64,000 nt of DNA from Candidatus Altiarchaeales archaeon (GCA_014727915.1 WJMO01000005.1:128001-192000), one strand, 5' to 3'. Counted from the first letter of the stretch, positions 29,999 through 40,901 are shown. The notes: generated by a model from the sequence alone, not told the origin. Translations and numbers: made by a program.

Positions 29999-30481
29999 AT
30001 GAGTACAACCAACAGGAGAAAGGACGGCCTAGCAGGTTCCATGCCGGCTCCTCCTGGGGCATCCCAGGCATGCGATGACATGCTGCTCGGCGCCGCTGGG
30101 GAGAGGCAACCGTCGTTCAGGAGGGAGGAAGTTAGGGACAGGCTTTCAAAGGGCGACTGGTTCGGAGCTGGCCAGTATATATACTCGTTCCATGAGGGGG
30201 CTAGAGAGGAGGGCGTTAGAGGCCAGCAAGTATTCGATGGGGTTTTCATGTTCGCCATATCAACCGGCTGCCCTGACTCGCCCGAAAAGACGGCAGACAG
30301 GAGTGCGGTGCTCGGGTTCCTGGACGAGAGGGGGAGGCCTGAGGGGGCGGCGCCCCCAGAGGGCGGGAACTGGCAGCAGAGCAAATCCCCGCTGGTTCAT
30401 CTCTATCTGGCCCTCGAAAACAGGATGGACGTGCTGGAGGCTAACAAGCAGAGGATCCGCGAATCATATGGAATGGGATAA
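29999..30481 (+). CDS. Orphan protein inserted between leuC and leuD
   Basis: GAGGTG SD, 160 aa, basic/Pro-rich N-terminus. Confidence 0.65.
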   Translation: MSTTNRRKDGLAGSMPAPPGASQACDDMLLGAAGERQPSFRREEVRDRLSKGDWFGAGQYIYSFHEGAREEGVRGQQVFDGVFMFAISTGCPDSPEKTADRSAVLGFLDERGRPEGAAPPEGGNWQQSKSPLVHLYLALENRMDVLEANKQRIRESYGMG

Positions 30482-30513
30482 TCGACCGAAGCAGACGTAT
30501 CATATAAAAAAAA

Positions 30514-31005
30514 ATGGACGAGAGGATCAGGGGCAGAGTTTGGGTTTTTGGGGATAATGTTGACACTGACCAGATAATCCCAGCGGAGTATCTTGTGACT
30601 GGGGATCCAGTGGAGCTCGGCAGCCACGCCTTCGAGAAGGTGCGGCCCGAGTTTGCAGAACAGGTCGAGGAAGGCGACATAATCTTGGCAGCCGACAACT
30701 TCGGTTGCGGGAGCTCAAGGGAGCACGCTCCCAGGGCTTTGCTGGGCTGCGGGGTGAAGTGTGTCATTGCCCGGAGCTTCGCCAGGATATTCTACAGGAA
30801 CAGCATCAACATAGGACTCCCACTAGTCGAATGCGAGGTTGAAGCAGGCGAAGGCGACGAGGTGGAAGTGAGCTTCAAAACAGGGAAGGTCAGGAACCTA
30901 AAGACAGGAAAGGAGTATGATTTCAAGGCACTTCCCGAGTTCCTGTTGAGCCTCATAGACTCCGGGGGGCTTGTGGAGTACACCAGGGAAAAGCTGAGGA
31001 AATGA
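30514..31005 (+). CDS. leuD: 3-isopropylmalate/citramalate dehydratase small subunit
   Basis: GDNVDTDQIIP, NFGCGSSREHAP, SFARIFYRN.INIGLP. Confidence 0.94.
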   Translation: MDERIRGRVWVFGDNVDTDQIIPAEYLVTGDPVELGSHAFEKVRPEFAEQVEEGDIILAADNFGCGSSREHAPRALLGCGVKCVIARSFARIFYRNSINIGLPLVECEVEAGEGDEVEVSFKTGKVRNLKTGKEYDFKALPEFLLSLIDSGGLVEYTREKLRK

Positions 31006-32900
31006 ACCTTAAACTGGCAATAGCCTCCATATTGTTCATATCCTCCATATTCTTCTTTTTCACCCTACAACGTGGTCGGGGAGTCGTTGGGGAAGATGCC
31101 CTTGCTGACGCGGGCAACGCCCAAGTCGATTCTCTAATGTCCCTGGGATACGTTGCTGTGGTGGACGTGGCCGAGGAGGACAGGGGCAAGTCCAATGTCA
31201 CAGGCTACAACCCCCTCATGTCATTCAGCAACCTAAACCTCTACTGCGACCAGGGCGGCGATACCGCCTATCTAATGGACATGCAGGGTAACATAGTCCA
31301 TTCGATAACCGTCGACTACGATGGCTGCGAGCTGGTCGAACCCTACAACGACAGCATACTGTTCGTGATGGGGGACAAGGCCCTCATTGACGCTTGCTAT
31401 GACTCCAGTGTCAGGTGGGTTACCGAGAACCGCTTCCACCATGACGTGGCAGTCTCGGAAACGGGTCTCATATACTCCCTGATACGTGAGGACTCATACC
31501 ATCCGGAGATAATATCGGGCAAGAAGATGCAAGACGACTTGCTTGTCGTCATCGACCCCGCCGATGGGACGATATTGCGCAGGATATCTTTCGCGCAGAT
31601 GATAATGGGGGATGATGAGCTTCTGGCCCTTGCGAGGAAGTCAGCCGATGAGAAATCGGAAGAAGAGGGTTTCGAGGGTTTGGAGGTCGTTGATGTGCTG
31701 CACACGAACTCGCTGGAGGTGATTGGTAGCGACATCTACTCCGGCGGTGAGAGGCTGTTCAAAAGGGGCGATGTCCTATTCTGCATACGGGAGCTGGACT
31801 CCATCGGCGTCTTGGACATGGACTCGGAGATGATAGTATGGCACTGGGGTCCGGGGGTGCTGGAGGGTCCGCATCAGCCCTCACTGCTTGAGAACGGGAA
31901 CATACTCGTATTCGACAACGGCGATGAACGCGGCTACTCGAGGCTGCTGGAGATGGACCCTTTGACCGAGGAGGCGGGCTGGGAGTACGTCGCCGACCCT
32001 CCTGAAACGTTTTTTTCCGATATCCGGGGCGGCGCCCAGCGGCTCCCGAACGGGAACACCCTAGTAACAGAGTCTGAGAAGGGCCACGTGTTCGAGATAG
32101 ACGAGGAAGGCGAGGTAGTATGGGACTTCTGGAACCCAAAGCTTAAGGACCAGAACACCAGGAGGAACTCCATATACCGCATGTCACGGCTGACCTCAAC
32201 AGAGGCGGATGTCACCTCCAGGGTGTGGGGTTCCCCGTACGAGGCCCTATCCTTCTGCGCCCGGATAGCCCAGGAGAAGTGGAGGGTCGAATGCTTTGGG
32301 AACGCGCAGGTGATATTCTCTGAGTTCTCGGCGGCCGGCTCGGTCTGTGATGCGACCTCCAACTCGACACTGGCGGACATCTGCAACCGTGCGATGCTCA
32401 TCGCCCGAACAGACCCCCTACTATGCTATGAGCTGGATGAGAGGGTTGAAAGGGCCGAATGCTTGGCCAAGGATGCGGTGATATTGGAAGATCCGACGGT
32501 CTGCTATGAGATATCCAGGGAAGAGGAGAGGGGCTTGTGCCTCTATCGTATTGCGGCCAAAACCGCCGACCCATCACAGTGCGGGCTTATAGGGCAGAAG
32601 GAACGGAGGGACGACTGCCTACGCACCATAGCAACTTCGACGTTGAACGCCTCGCTCTGCATCGGACTTGATGGGGTCAGAGACCTCGACACATGCTACG
32701 GGACCATCGCAGTAGAGCTGAACGAATCCCGTTCCTGCGCGCGGATACCGACGGAATTCAAGAGGGACAGGTGCTACAAGGAAGTCGCAAAAAACCTGAA
32801 CGACCTCGCCATATGCTCGGCCATAGTCTCCGACTCCGTCAGGGAATCCTGCCAGTCGATAATCTGCAAAAGAGACGATAATACAAGCCCTGAGTGTTGA
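31002..32900 (+). CDS. Arylsulfotransferase (ASST)-like beta-propeller fused to Cys-rich repeats, N-terminal signal/anchor
   Basis: HHDV, HTNSL, GPHQP.LLENGNILVFDNG, GGAQRLPNGNTLVTE; about eight C-terminal Cys repeats. Confidence 0.82.
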   Translation: MNLKLAIASILFISSIFFFFTLQRGRGVVGEDALADAGNAQVDSLMSLGYVAVVDVAEEDRGKSNVTGYNPLMSFSNLNLYCDQGGDTAYLMDMQGNIVHSITVDYDGCELVEPYNDSILFVMGDKALIDACYDSSVRWVTENRFHHDVAVSETGLIYSLIREDSYHPEIISGKKMQDDLLVVIDPADGTILRRISFAQMIMGDDELLALARKSADEKSEEEGFEGLEVVDVLHTNSLEVIGSDIYSGGERLFKRGDVLFCIRELDSIGVLDMDSEMIVWHWGPGVLEGPHQPSLLENGNILVFDNGDERGYSRLLEMDPLTEEAGWEYVADPPETFFSDIRGGAQRLPNGNTLVTESEKGHVFEIDEEGEVVWDFWNPKLKDQNTRRNSIYRMSRLTSTEADVTSRVWGSPYEALSFCARIAQEKWRVECFGNAQVIFSEFSAAGSVCDATSNSTLADICNRAMLIARTDPLLCYELDERVERAECLAKDAVILEDPTVCYEISREEERGLCLYRIAAKTADPSQCGLIGQKERRDDCLRTIATSTLNASLCIGLDGVRDLDTCYGTIAVELNESRSCARIPTEFKRDRCYKEVAKNLNDLAICSAIVSDSVRESCQSIICKRDDNTSPEC

Positions 32901-32930
32901 GTGTTGTTAGAATATATTCTTTTATCTGAT

Positions 32931-33010
32931 GTTTGCCTCCAACCTCTTAAAATAAGGAATAAGGGTTCAAGGCGCTGCCGGATTCCCTGCTGAACCTAAC
33001 CGAGGCAGGC
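32931..33010 (+). ncRNA. Candidate structured RNA element between convergent genes
   Basis: Outer stem gtttgcctc/gaggcaggc and inner stem gggttca/tgaacct, three G-U pairs that only work on + strand. Confidence 0.25.
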
Positions 33011-33028
33011 AGACTAGGGGGTGGTGGA

Positions 33029-35098
33029 TTATCCTGGCTTCCTCACCCTGTACCCTAAGGCGCCCTCCGCCTTTTCGACGCGTGTGCCGTGCTTTCTCTC
33101 GAATTCATCCAGTATCCTCTGCGTCTCCTTCTGCGGTAGATTATGCACGGCTGGAACCCTAGTCCAGTATAGCGTCCCCCCAGGCTTCAAAAGCCCATAG
33201 CTTTCCTCCAATCCGACGTCAAATGCCCCTGAATACTGTCCGAAACTCTCCGTGGCAATAACCATGTGGAAGCTCTCCGGGCCAAACCTCCTGTTCAGCC
33301 TCTCCCAGGGGACAATATCAACGTCCTGCGACTCCGAATGCACATCCTTCCTTGTTATCCCCGACACAGACAAATCGATTCTCGCCTCGTCAGGGTGCTG
33401 TCTGAAGTGCTCATTCACCTCCGTTGCGAACCTTGTGCCCCCGCTGGTGTCAAGAATCCTAACATCCTCATGGGGGAACCTCGTCTGGTGCTCCCTAATC
33501 TCCTCCAGGAAATCCACGCCGTGTAGCTCATTGTACCCTTCAAAGTATTCATCTCCCGTCCCGTGCCCGCTTATACCCCTTTCAGTCTCATAGTCCGCGA
33601 TGAACATCTCCCTATTGACTCTTCTCATATGCCTAATCTGTTCTGCCAGAATTTTCCTCCTCTCAGGGCTTAGCCGTTCAACAGGGTCGAGAAACCTCAA
33701 CCCATTGAAGTTAGACAGGAGTACCGTGGGCTTGCCGTCAGCACCCCTCCTGATCTCCCCTCCGTCAGCCAATAGGAGGTACCGGTCTGAGATGTTGGTC
33801 ATAAGCCCAATCCCGGCAGCAGCAAGCCTACCTGAATGTTCTTCCACAATCCGTTCATGCTCTTCCGCGTCTATCTTGCCAGAGGCCAGAGCCTTTCTGG
33901 CGTCAATGCAGTCCGCATGCCTCCACAATGTGTAGTATACCCTGTCCCTCTTCAGCGCAGGATCTCCGTCCGGGTTCCTAAGGTGGTGTAGCCAGTCATA
34001 TTTTTTATCATCCCTGAGTTCGGGCGCAAGCTGCGTCCTACCCTCCACCTCCACGACTGCGAGCTGCTCGATTGTGCCAAAGCCGATATCCCTCAGTCTC
34101 CTGCACACAGACATGACCTCATATGGGCTGTTATATCCGATTTCAGGATTTGGAGAGTCCTTATCCAGTTTCCCGGTTTCCATCCTCTCCCCGACGTGGG
34201 ACCTCTTGTAGACTATGTTGTGGCCGTCCTTTGTCGTGGTCCTATACACGTCCCCGTGTAGTGATAGTCTCGTCCTGTCCTGGTCACACCACCTGTTCGG
34301 CATGAGGTCGTGGACTGGTATCCCGCAGTCTCGGACAACCCATAGCTCGGTCACCCCCCCGGCTTCGGGCTGTCTGAACTTCCGCCAGTGATAGGGCACC
34401 TCAAGCAACTGACTATCCGCGGCTTTTGGCTTGTCAATGACGTATGCATCCCCCCACGTATGCCTGACGGACACCCCATGTTTATCCTCAAATCCTTCCA
34501 GTATTTCCGTCAAGTTTGTCTGACCCCTCTTTGGCGTTCCCTGGAAGAATATCCTGCCTCCGGGGATGGTAACCCTGTACATCTCATCGAGGAACAGGTC
34601 AAGCCTTTTCCCATGCCTTGTCGCAGCCTCAGTGGAAACCACGAAATGGAATGATTCGCTGTCGAAGTCGAGCCTGTGCGCGGGCATCACATGGGAAAAT
34701 CCCTTAGGCAGCATAGTCTCCCTTCTTGTGACGTTTGTGCCGTGCATCTCCATTGTCTGCATATCCGGGCGGTCTCTCGAGAACCGTATAAGCTGTGCTG
34801 CAGCGACCCCCCTGCCACAGCCTATGTCCAATCCCCTCAGCGTCTCTCCTGGGAAATCATTTTGCAGTTCACGGACGACATCCCTGAATTGGACTCTGTG
34901 GAGTTCGTTGTATCCTTCGGTGTAGTAATCGCCCCGTCCCCTGCTGTCCAGGCCCCTGTCGATGACGTATTCATACTTCACATCCCCAGCTGAATCGGTC
35001 CTCCGATTGGCCTTAAGCTCTTCAGAAAGCCTCAGGCCGTCCTCTTCAGAAAGCGGAACCCTGGGCTGCTTCGACCTTCTGACTATGGGCTCAGCCAT
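33029..35098 (-). CDS. Orphan MTase - kinase-like - MTase fusion protein
   Basis: LDIGCGRG..SFHFVVS..EMYRVTIPGG; duplicated C-terminal copy ILDTSGG..SFHMVIA..LLKPGG; central VYK...NSPYE...LSNF region; start moved to ATG 35098. Confidence 0.75.
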   Translation of the reverse strand: MAEPIVRRSKQPRVPLSEEDGLRLSEELKANRRTDSAGDVKYEYVIDRGLDSRGRGDYYTEGYNELHRVQFRDVVRELQNDFPGETLRGLDIGCGRGVAAAQLIRFSRDRPDMQTMEMHGTNVTRRETMLPKGFSHVMPAHRLDFDSESFHFVVSTEAATRHGKRLDLFLDEMYRVTIPGGRIFFQGTPKRGQTNLTEILEGFEDKHGVSVRHTWGDAYVIDKPKAADSQLLEVPYHWRKFRQPEAGGVTELWVVRDCGIPVHDLMPNRWCDQDRTRLSLHGDVYRTTTKDGHNIVYKRSHVGERMETGKLDKDSPNPEIGYNSPYEVMSVCRRLRDIGFGTIEQLAVVEVEGRTQLAPELRDDKKYDWLHHLRNPDGDPALKRDRVYYTLWRHADCIDARKALASGKIDAEEHERIVEEHSGRLAAAGIGLMTNISDRYLLLADGGEIRRGADGKPTVLLSNFNGLRFLDPVERLSPERRKILAEQIRHMRRVNREMFIADYETERGISGHGTGDEYFEGYNELHGVDFLEEIREHQTRFPHEDVRILDTSGGTRFATEVNEHFRQHPDEARIDLSVSGITRKDVHSESQDVDIVPWERLNRRFGPESFHMVIATESFGQYSGAFDVGLEESYGLLKPGGTLYWTRVPAVHNLPQKETQRILDEFERKHGTRVEKAEGALGYRVRKPG

Positions 35099-35188
35099 AT
35101 AATATATCTGGAAACGGTGATTAAAGAAGAATCCAACCATGCGCTGGAGAGCCCACCCACTCTTTAAGCGTGCGGGAATAATATGTAA

Positions 35189-36256
<1,068 letters not shown>

Positions 36257-36322
36257 AGCTTTATTTACCAGTTCTACGAATAATTAAACGGTGGGCTTGG
36301 GGTATTTTGTCGGGAGGCGACA

Positions 36323-36934
36323 ATGCTCAGCCAAGCAGGTGAAGAACTGAAGTTTCTGTTGGACCGGGGATACAACAGAGAATCGGCCCTCCGATTCGTC
36401 TCAAACCACTATGAACTGCCTAAAAAGGCCCGTAACCGTATTTTAAGGGAGATATTCTCCGAGGCTGAGATACAGGAGACCGCGTCTAAGCTATATCCGA
36501 TAAATTCCATATCCGGCAATCAGATGGTCGTGGACGGTTTCAACGTGCTGATAACCGTCGAGGAGGGCATGTGTGGCGGGGATGTTTTCAGGTGCCATGA
36601 CGGGCTTCTGAGAGATAATGCCATGGCTTTCAGCAACTATCGCATATCCAGCGACACTAACAGGGCTGCTGATGCTGTGTTGGCTGTGCTGTCGGAGCAC
36701 CAGCCCAAACACGTCACGTGGGTTTTTGACAGCCAGATATCTGGCAGTGGGAGACTCGCGGAATATGTGCGCAGGGGAATGCTGGATTCGGGTATTAGGG
36801 GCGAGTCCATGACCTCCCCCAAGGCGGACGGTCACATAATGAAGATGAACCTGCTGACTGGAACCTCTGATTCCGCCCTTATCAGGCGTTTGAACTATGT
36901 GGTAGACATACCCTCTGCGGTAGTCGATTTATAA
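36323..36934 (+). CDS. DUF434 domain protein (PIN-like)
   Basis: LLDRGY..ESALRFVSNHY.L, VDGFNVLITVE, DGLLRD, FDSQISGSG.LA. Confidence 0.85.
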   Translation: MLSQAGEELKFLLDRGYNRESALRFVSNHYELPKKARNRILREIFSEAEIQETASKLYPINSISGNQMVVDGFNVLITVEEGMCGGDVFRCHDGLLRDNAMAFSNYRISSDTNRAADAVLAVLSEHQPKHVTWVFDSQISGSGRLAEYVRRGMLDSGIRGESMTSPKADGHIMKMNLLTGTSDSALIRRLNYVVDIPSAVVDL

Positions 36935-36975
36935 TTGATACTTGCGAATTAGTTATTCTAACATCATTTTTTTGG

Positions 36976-38046
36976 GTGATTGTGTTGGCTAAGAGGCTTT
37001 TCATACCAGGACCTGTTGACGTTTCAGAGGATGTGGCTGCTAAGATGGCGGAGCCCATGGTCGGTCACCGTAGCAGGGAATACGCTGAACTCCATGGGAG
37101 CTGCGTCAAAGGGCTGAAGAAGATATTGATGACCGATAATAACGTTTTCATCGGCCCTATGTCCGCTTCTGGTTGGATGGAGGCTGCGGTGCGCAACTGC
37201 GTATCCAAGAAGGCATTGCATGTGGTTAACGGGGCTTTCAGCAGCAGGTGGTATAAGATATCTAAGGCTAACGGCAAGCCTGCCGAGGCTGTGGAGGTAA
37301 AATGGGGCAGCGCAGGCAAACCCGAGGATGTGGGGGACAAACTTGGCTCGGGAGAATATGATGCGTTGTTCGTGACGCACAATGAGACTTCTACGGGAGC
37401 TATGACTCCCCTGGAGGGGTTCGGGAAAATCTGCGCCGACAACGATGTCATATTCTGCGTAGACGCGGTCTCTAGCGCTTCGGGCGTTAAGATAGAGACT
37501 GACAAACTGGGCATCGACGTCCTTGTCACCGGGACTCAGAAGTGCTTCGCAGTCGCTCCTGGCCTGGCCATGACCGCAGTCAGCGAGAGGGCTTTGAAGC
37601 GTTCTGAGGCCGTTGACAACAGGGGCTTGTACTTCGACTACCAGGATTTCCTGAAGAAGGCGGAGAAGGACAACACCCCCAGCACTCCTCCCATACCTCA
37701 GATAAGGGCTTTGGACTACCAGTGCCAGAAGATAATCAAGGAGGGTTTGGAGGCCAGGTTCAAACGCCACGCTGACATGGCTGAGCACGTGCAGTCGTGG
37801 GTTAGGGACAACTGGGAGCTTTTCTGTGAGGACTGGTGCCTTTCAACCACGGTCACCTGCGCCAGGAACACCCGAGGATACGACCTCGCGGAGTTGGGCA
37901 AGAGGCTGGGTGAACGGGGCTATCAGTTCAGCAACGGATATGGAAAGCTTAAAGGCGAAGCCTTCAGGATAGCTCACATGGGAGACCGTCAGATGCCCGA
38001 GTTGAAGGAATACCTTGAGGACATAGAGGATATTGTCGGCATCTAA
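36976..38046 (+). CDS. Class V PLP aminotransferase (serine-pyruvate/phosphoserine type)
   Basis: LFIPGP, GHRS, THNETSTG, VDAVSS, TGTQK, FRIAHMG. Confidence 0.9.
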   Translation: MIVLAKRLFIPGPVDVSEDVAAKMAEPMVGHRSREYAELHGSCVKGLKKILMTDNNVFIGPMSASGWMEAAVRNCVSKKALHVVNGAFSSRWYKISKANGKPAEAVEVKWGSAGKPEDVGDKLGSGEYDALFVTHNETSTGAMTPLEGFGKICADNDVIFCVDAVSSASGVKIETDKLGIDVLVTGTQKCFAVAPGLAMTAVSERALKRSEAVDNRGLYFDYQDFLKKAEKDNTPSTPPIPQIRALDYQCQKIIKEGLEARFKRHADMAEHVQSWVRDNWELFCEDWCLSTTVTCARNTRGYDLAELGKRLGERGYQFSNGYGKLKGEAFRIAHMGDRQMPELKEYLEDIEDIVGI

Positions 38047-38076
38047 TGGTTTATGAGAGGGGGTGGGCGGCTCGAC

Positions 38077-38493
38077 CTATCTCCTGGTCTTCCTCGACTT
38101 CGGCAATATGTTCTTGACCCTGCCGTCTTCCAAGAGGCCGGGGCCGACAACCAGGTCCCTAGTCTTCAATATGGTGAAACCCCCGCCCAAATGGCCTTCG
38201 AGGTCTTCTCCACCGTAGTATCTGTCCGCTTCCGCTTTTTTTATCACCAGAACATTTTCGGATGCGGTAATGCCTAACCGTTGTGCTCCTTCGATGGTCA
38301 GGGACAGGTCTGCGTTGGCTAGGTGCAGGCCCATCCAGTATGTGTTAAGGTCCGTGTCTGGGCCCGTATACTCGAAAAGCTTATCCTTCTTGATGGTCAG
38401 CGTTCCACGAGGCTGATATGATGATCCATAGTGGCTGTTCAAACGTTCTAAAAGATCCATTGGCTTATCCGCCTTGCCGCGTCCTTCATCCAC
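38077..38493 (-). CDS. NIP7/PUA-like partner of NOL1/NOP2 methyltransferase
   Basis: MGLH...LTIEGAQRLG..A..NV, KNILPKSR; coupled to the m5C MTase gene. Confidence 0.7.
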   Translation of the reverse strand: MDEGRGKADKPMDLLERLNSHYGSSYQPRGTLTIKKDKLFEYTGPDTDLNTYWMGLHLANADLSLTIEGAQRLGITASENVLVIKKAEADRYYGGEDLEGHLGGGFTILKTRDLVVGPGLLEDGRVKNILPKSRKTRR

Positions 38494-39376
38494 TTTTCCT
38501 CACCTCCGCTATGAAATGGGGGTCTGTGTCGTTGTCATGCGGGTGTATCCTGGCGCATTTCCATGTATTTTCGGTGAGTCCTCTCCGGACTTTCAACCCC
38601 CCTAAATCGACCTTAAAAAGCTCAGCCCCCTCTCTTTCGTCCAGCAGGTGTTCGATCACGTCCTCGTTCTCCTCCTTGGTCGTCGTGCAGGTGCTATAGA
38701 CCATTCTGCCTCCTTCGCAGAGGCTGTCGTAGGCCGACACTACCATCTTCTTCTGCACGGTCGTAAGCTGTTTGACCCATTTTAGGCTCCATTTGCGCAG
38801 CACTTCATGGCTCTGCCTGAGCGTGCCCACGCTGGAGCAGGGAGCGTCAACGAGTATCCTGTCAAAATTCAAACCCAGCTTGTCTATCCTGCACCCGTCC
38901 TCCTTCAAGACGGCCGCGTTGGAGGCGCCGCACCGTTGTATGTTGTACACAAGTCCCCTAAGCCTCGCAGGGCTGTTGTCGTTCGCAACCAGTAGTCCCC
39001 TGTTCTCCATCACCTGGGCTAAGTGGGTTGTCTTGCCTCCCGGTGCTGCGCAGAGGTCCAGTACCCTATCTCCGGGCCCTAAGACGAGGGGTGCGATGAA
39101 CGAGGAGGCGTTCTGTATGTAGTATAGTCCCAGCTGGTGTTCCATAAGGTCCAAGTCGTCCGTTCCCACCCAGAGGCCGTCATTGCACCAGCTGACCTTC
39201 CCGTATTCGATGTTCCTCTCCCCTAGGAGGCGCTTAACCTCTCGCATGCTGGATTTAAGAGTGTTAACTCGGATGGAGTATCGGCTTTGAGGTCTGGTGA
39301 AGTAGTCCATGTAGTCATCATACTCTCCCCCCAGAAGGTCCTGGTGGTATCTCCTGAATTCAGCAGGTACTCTCAT
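38486..39376 (-). CDS. NOL1/NOP2/Sun (RsmB/F) RNA m5C methyltransferase
   Basis: RVNTLK, YIQ..SS, LDLCAAPGGKT, DAPCS, YSTCT...ENE. Confidence 0.93.
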   Translation of the reverse strand: MRVPAEFRRYHQDLLGGEYDDYMDYFTRPQSRYSIRVNTLKSSMREVKRLLGERNIEYGKVSWCNDGLWVGTDDLDLMEHQLGLYYIQNASSFIAPLVLGPGDRVLDLCAAPGGKTTHLAQVMENRGLLVANDNSPARLRGLVYNIQRCGASNAAVLKEDGCRIDKLGLNFDRILVDAPCSSVGTLRQSHEVLRKWSLKWVKQLTTVQKKMVVSAYDSLCEGGRMVYSTCTTTKEENEDVIEHLLDEREGAELFKVDLGGLKVRRGLTENTWKCARIHPHDNDTDPHFIAEVRKSG

Positions 39377-39440
39377 TCCCCCTCACCTCCTTCCCCCCAG
39401 TGCATGTCCTAGTATCCTCCCTCTCAATCCCCCTCATAGC

Positions 39441-40283
39441 TCATTTCTCCTCTCCCTTCCATAGTTCCTTCCTCCTCATCTCCAGGAGATTCTCCTCGAC
39501 CCCCCGGTACTCTGCTGCCGACCTGGCTTTCCCGGTTTCGTACACTTCCTTGAATCTCTCCCGGTGCTTGAGGTCCCGGAGCAGGTGGTGTTCGAGTATC
39601 ACCTCGCAACCTGTCTCTTCTATAATCCGCAGCATGTTGGCTTTCGCCCTTTCCATGTTGGCCGCGCTGAACTTGTATCCGAGGAAGTATGTTGGCGGTC
39701 CGTCCATTATCAGAAGCCGGGGTTTCGCCTCTATTATCCACTCGGTCGCTTCCTCGTCGACGGGGCCTTGAACGTCCGACCCGTAGACGACCACGTCATC
39801 CTCATGCTGCAGCCTGCACATGAGCACGTATCCGAGGCGTATGCCCGGCGGCCCATGCGGCACCGGGGGGCTGAAATCTATCTGTAAGTCTTTGAACTCG
39901 AATGACCTTCCGTCGGCGTATCGGAGGTCGCACGATCCTGGCAGTTGTTCCTTGAAATATCCGCCCCTCTTCTGCTGGCTCTTGTTGATGTCCCTGCCAG
40001 TGTCCTTTGCTAGAACGACCTTGTCCTTGTAGAACGTCTCTCCCGGGTCGTGGTGGTCGTAGTGGTAGTGTGTCACTATGAGGATGTCAGAGTCCCTGGC
40101 CTCCTCACGTATCCTCTTCTTAGCCTCTGCGAGGGCCTGAAGCTCCAGTTTATGGGGTGGTAGCCCGTACCTTGTCGGTCCCAGAGCCGCGCTGGGGTCT
40201 ATGAAAACCTTCAGGTCACTGCGCACAACCGTCGCCATGCTCCGGACCCCAAGGCTCTCAAACGCTACTGGCACGACTTCCAT
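39441..40283 (-). CDS. Metallo-beta-lactamase fold hydrolase (UPF0282-like)
   Basis: ESLGVRSMA, IDP.AALGP.RYGLPPH, THYHYDHH, SDVQG, HHLLRD. Confidence 0.85.
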   Translation of the reverse strand: MEVVPVAFESLGVRSMATVVRSDLKVFIDPSAALGPTRYGLPPHKLELQALAEAKKRIREEARDSDILIVTHYHYDHHDPGETFYKDKVVLAKDTGRDINKSQQKRGGYFKEQLPGSCDLRYADGRSFEFKDLQIDFSPPVPHGPPGIRLGYVLMCRLQHEDDVVVYGSDVQGPVDEEATEWIIEAKPRLLIMDGPPTYFLGYKFSAANMERAKANMLRIIEETGCEVILEHHLLRDLKHRERFKEVYETGKARSAAEYRGVEENLLEMRRKELWKGEEK

Positions 40284-40298
40284 CTTTGATATTATTGT

Positions 40299-40862
40299 TT
40301 ACCCAATTAAAGCGTTGATTGCAGCGCACACGGCACAGCCCATCTTGTTCCCCCCGGCGTATACTGTCCTCACAGCCACTAGACGGTTCCCTTCGTTGTG
40401 TTTACCGGTGTTGTAGATGTGTTGTAACAGAGGGGCTATCCCTGACACGACCCTGCTGTAGTGCCTAACGGTTGGTGGTGGGTTCTCCCCGATGAATATG
40501 GAACCTTTCGGGGGCTTCGGGTGCATTAACGCGATGTTCAACGGCATGTCCTCTGGTATCCGGTCCATAAGTGGCATGTATTCTGCAGGCTCGTACTTCC
40601 ACTTGACCCCCTCGATTATATCGCATAGTTGCAGTGTAGCGTATGCGACGTTCAATATGTCCTCGAAGTCTATTAACTCTCTCAGCCGTTCCCTGTGGAT
40701 TTTGCATTCTTCAACGGTGTTCAATTCCACATTCGCGTATCTCTCTGGCAGGGGCAGTGGTGATGGCCTTACCTTAGATGTCCCTGCCTCCTCGGCGAGG
40801 CGTATCTTGGTGTTAGAGCGGCTGAAGAGCTTCTTAACACCTTTTACCGCGTATCTGTTCAT
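40299..40862 (-). CDS. Orphan protein with basic/Pro-rich N-terminus, C-terminal CxxC
   Basis: 187-aa ORF divergent from infB. Confidence 0.6.
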   Translation of the reverse strand: MNRYAVKGVKKLFSRSNTKIRLAEEAGTSKVRPSPLPLPERYANVELNTVEECKIHRERLRELIDFEDILNVAYATLQLCDIIEGVKWKYEPAEYMPLMDRIPEDMPLNIALMHPKPPKGSIFIGENPPPTVRHYSRVVSGIAPLLQHIYNTGKHNEGNRLVAVRTVYAGGNKMGCAVCAAINALIG

Positions 40863-40901
40863 GTGTTAGTCTTTTTACTCTGTCCTGCCTTATATTTTGC
40901 T

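Noticed and set aside
32895-33010. Selenocysteine readthrough of the ASST gene TGA with a 3' SECIS
   Set aside because: The readthrough sequence is non-informative and the stem lacks the archaeal SECIS GAA/A loop geometry.
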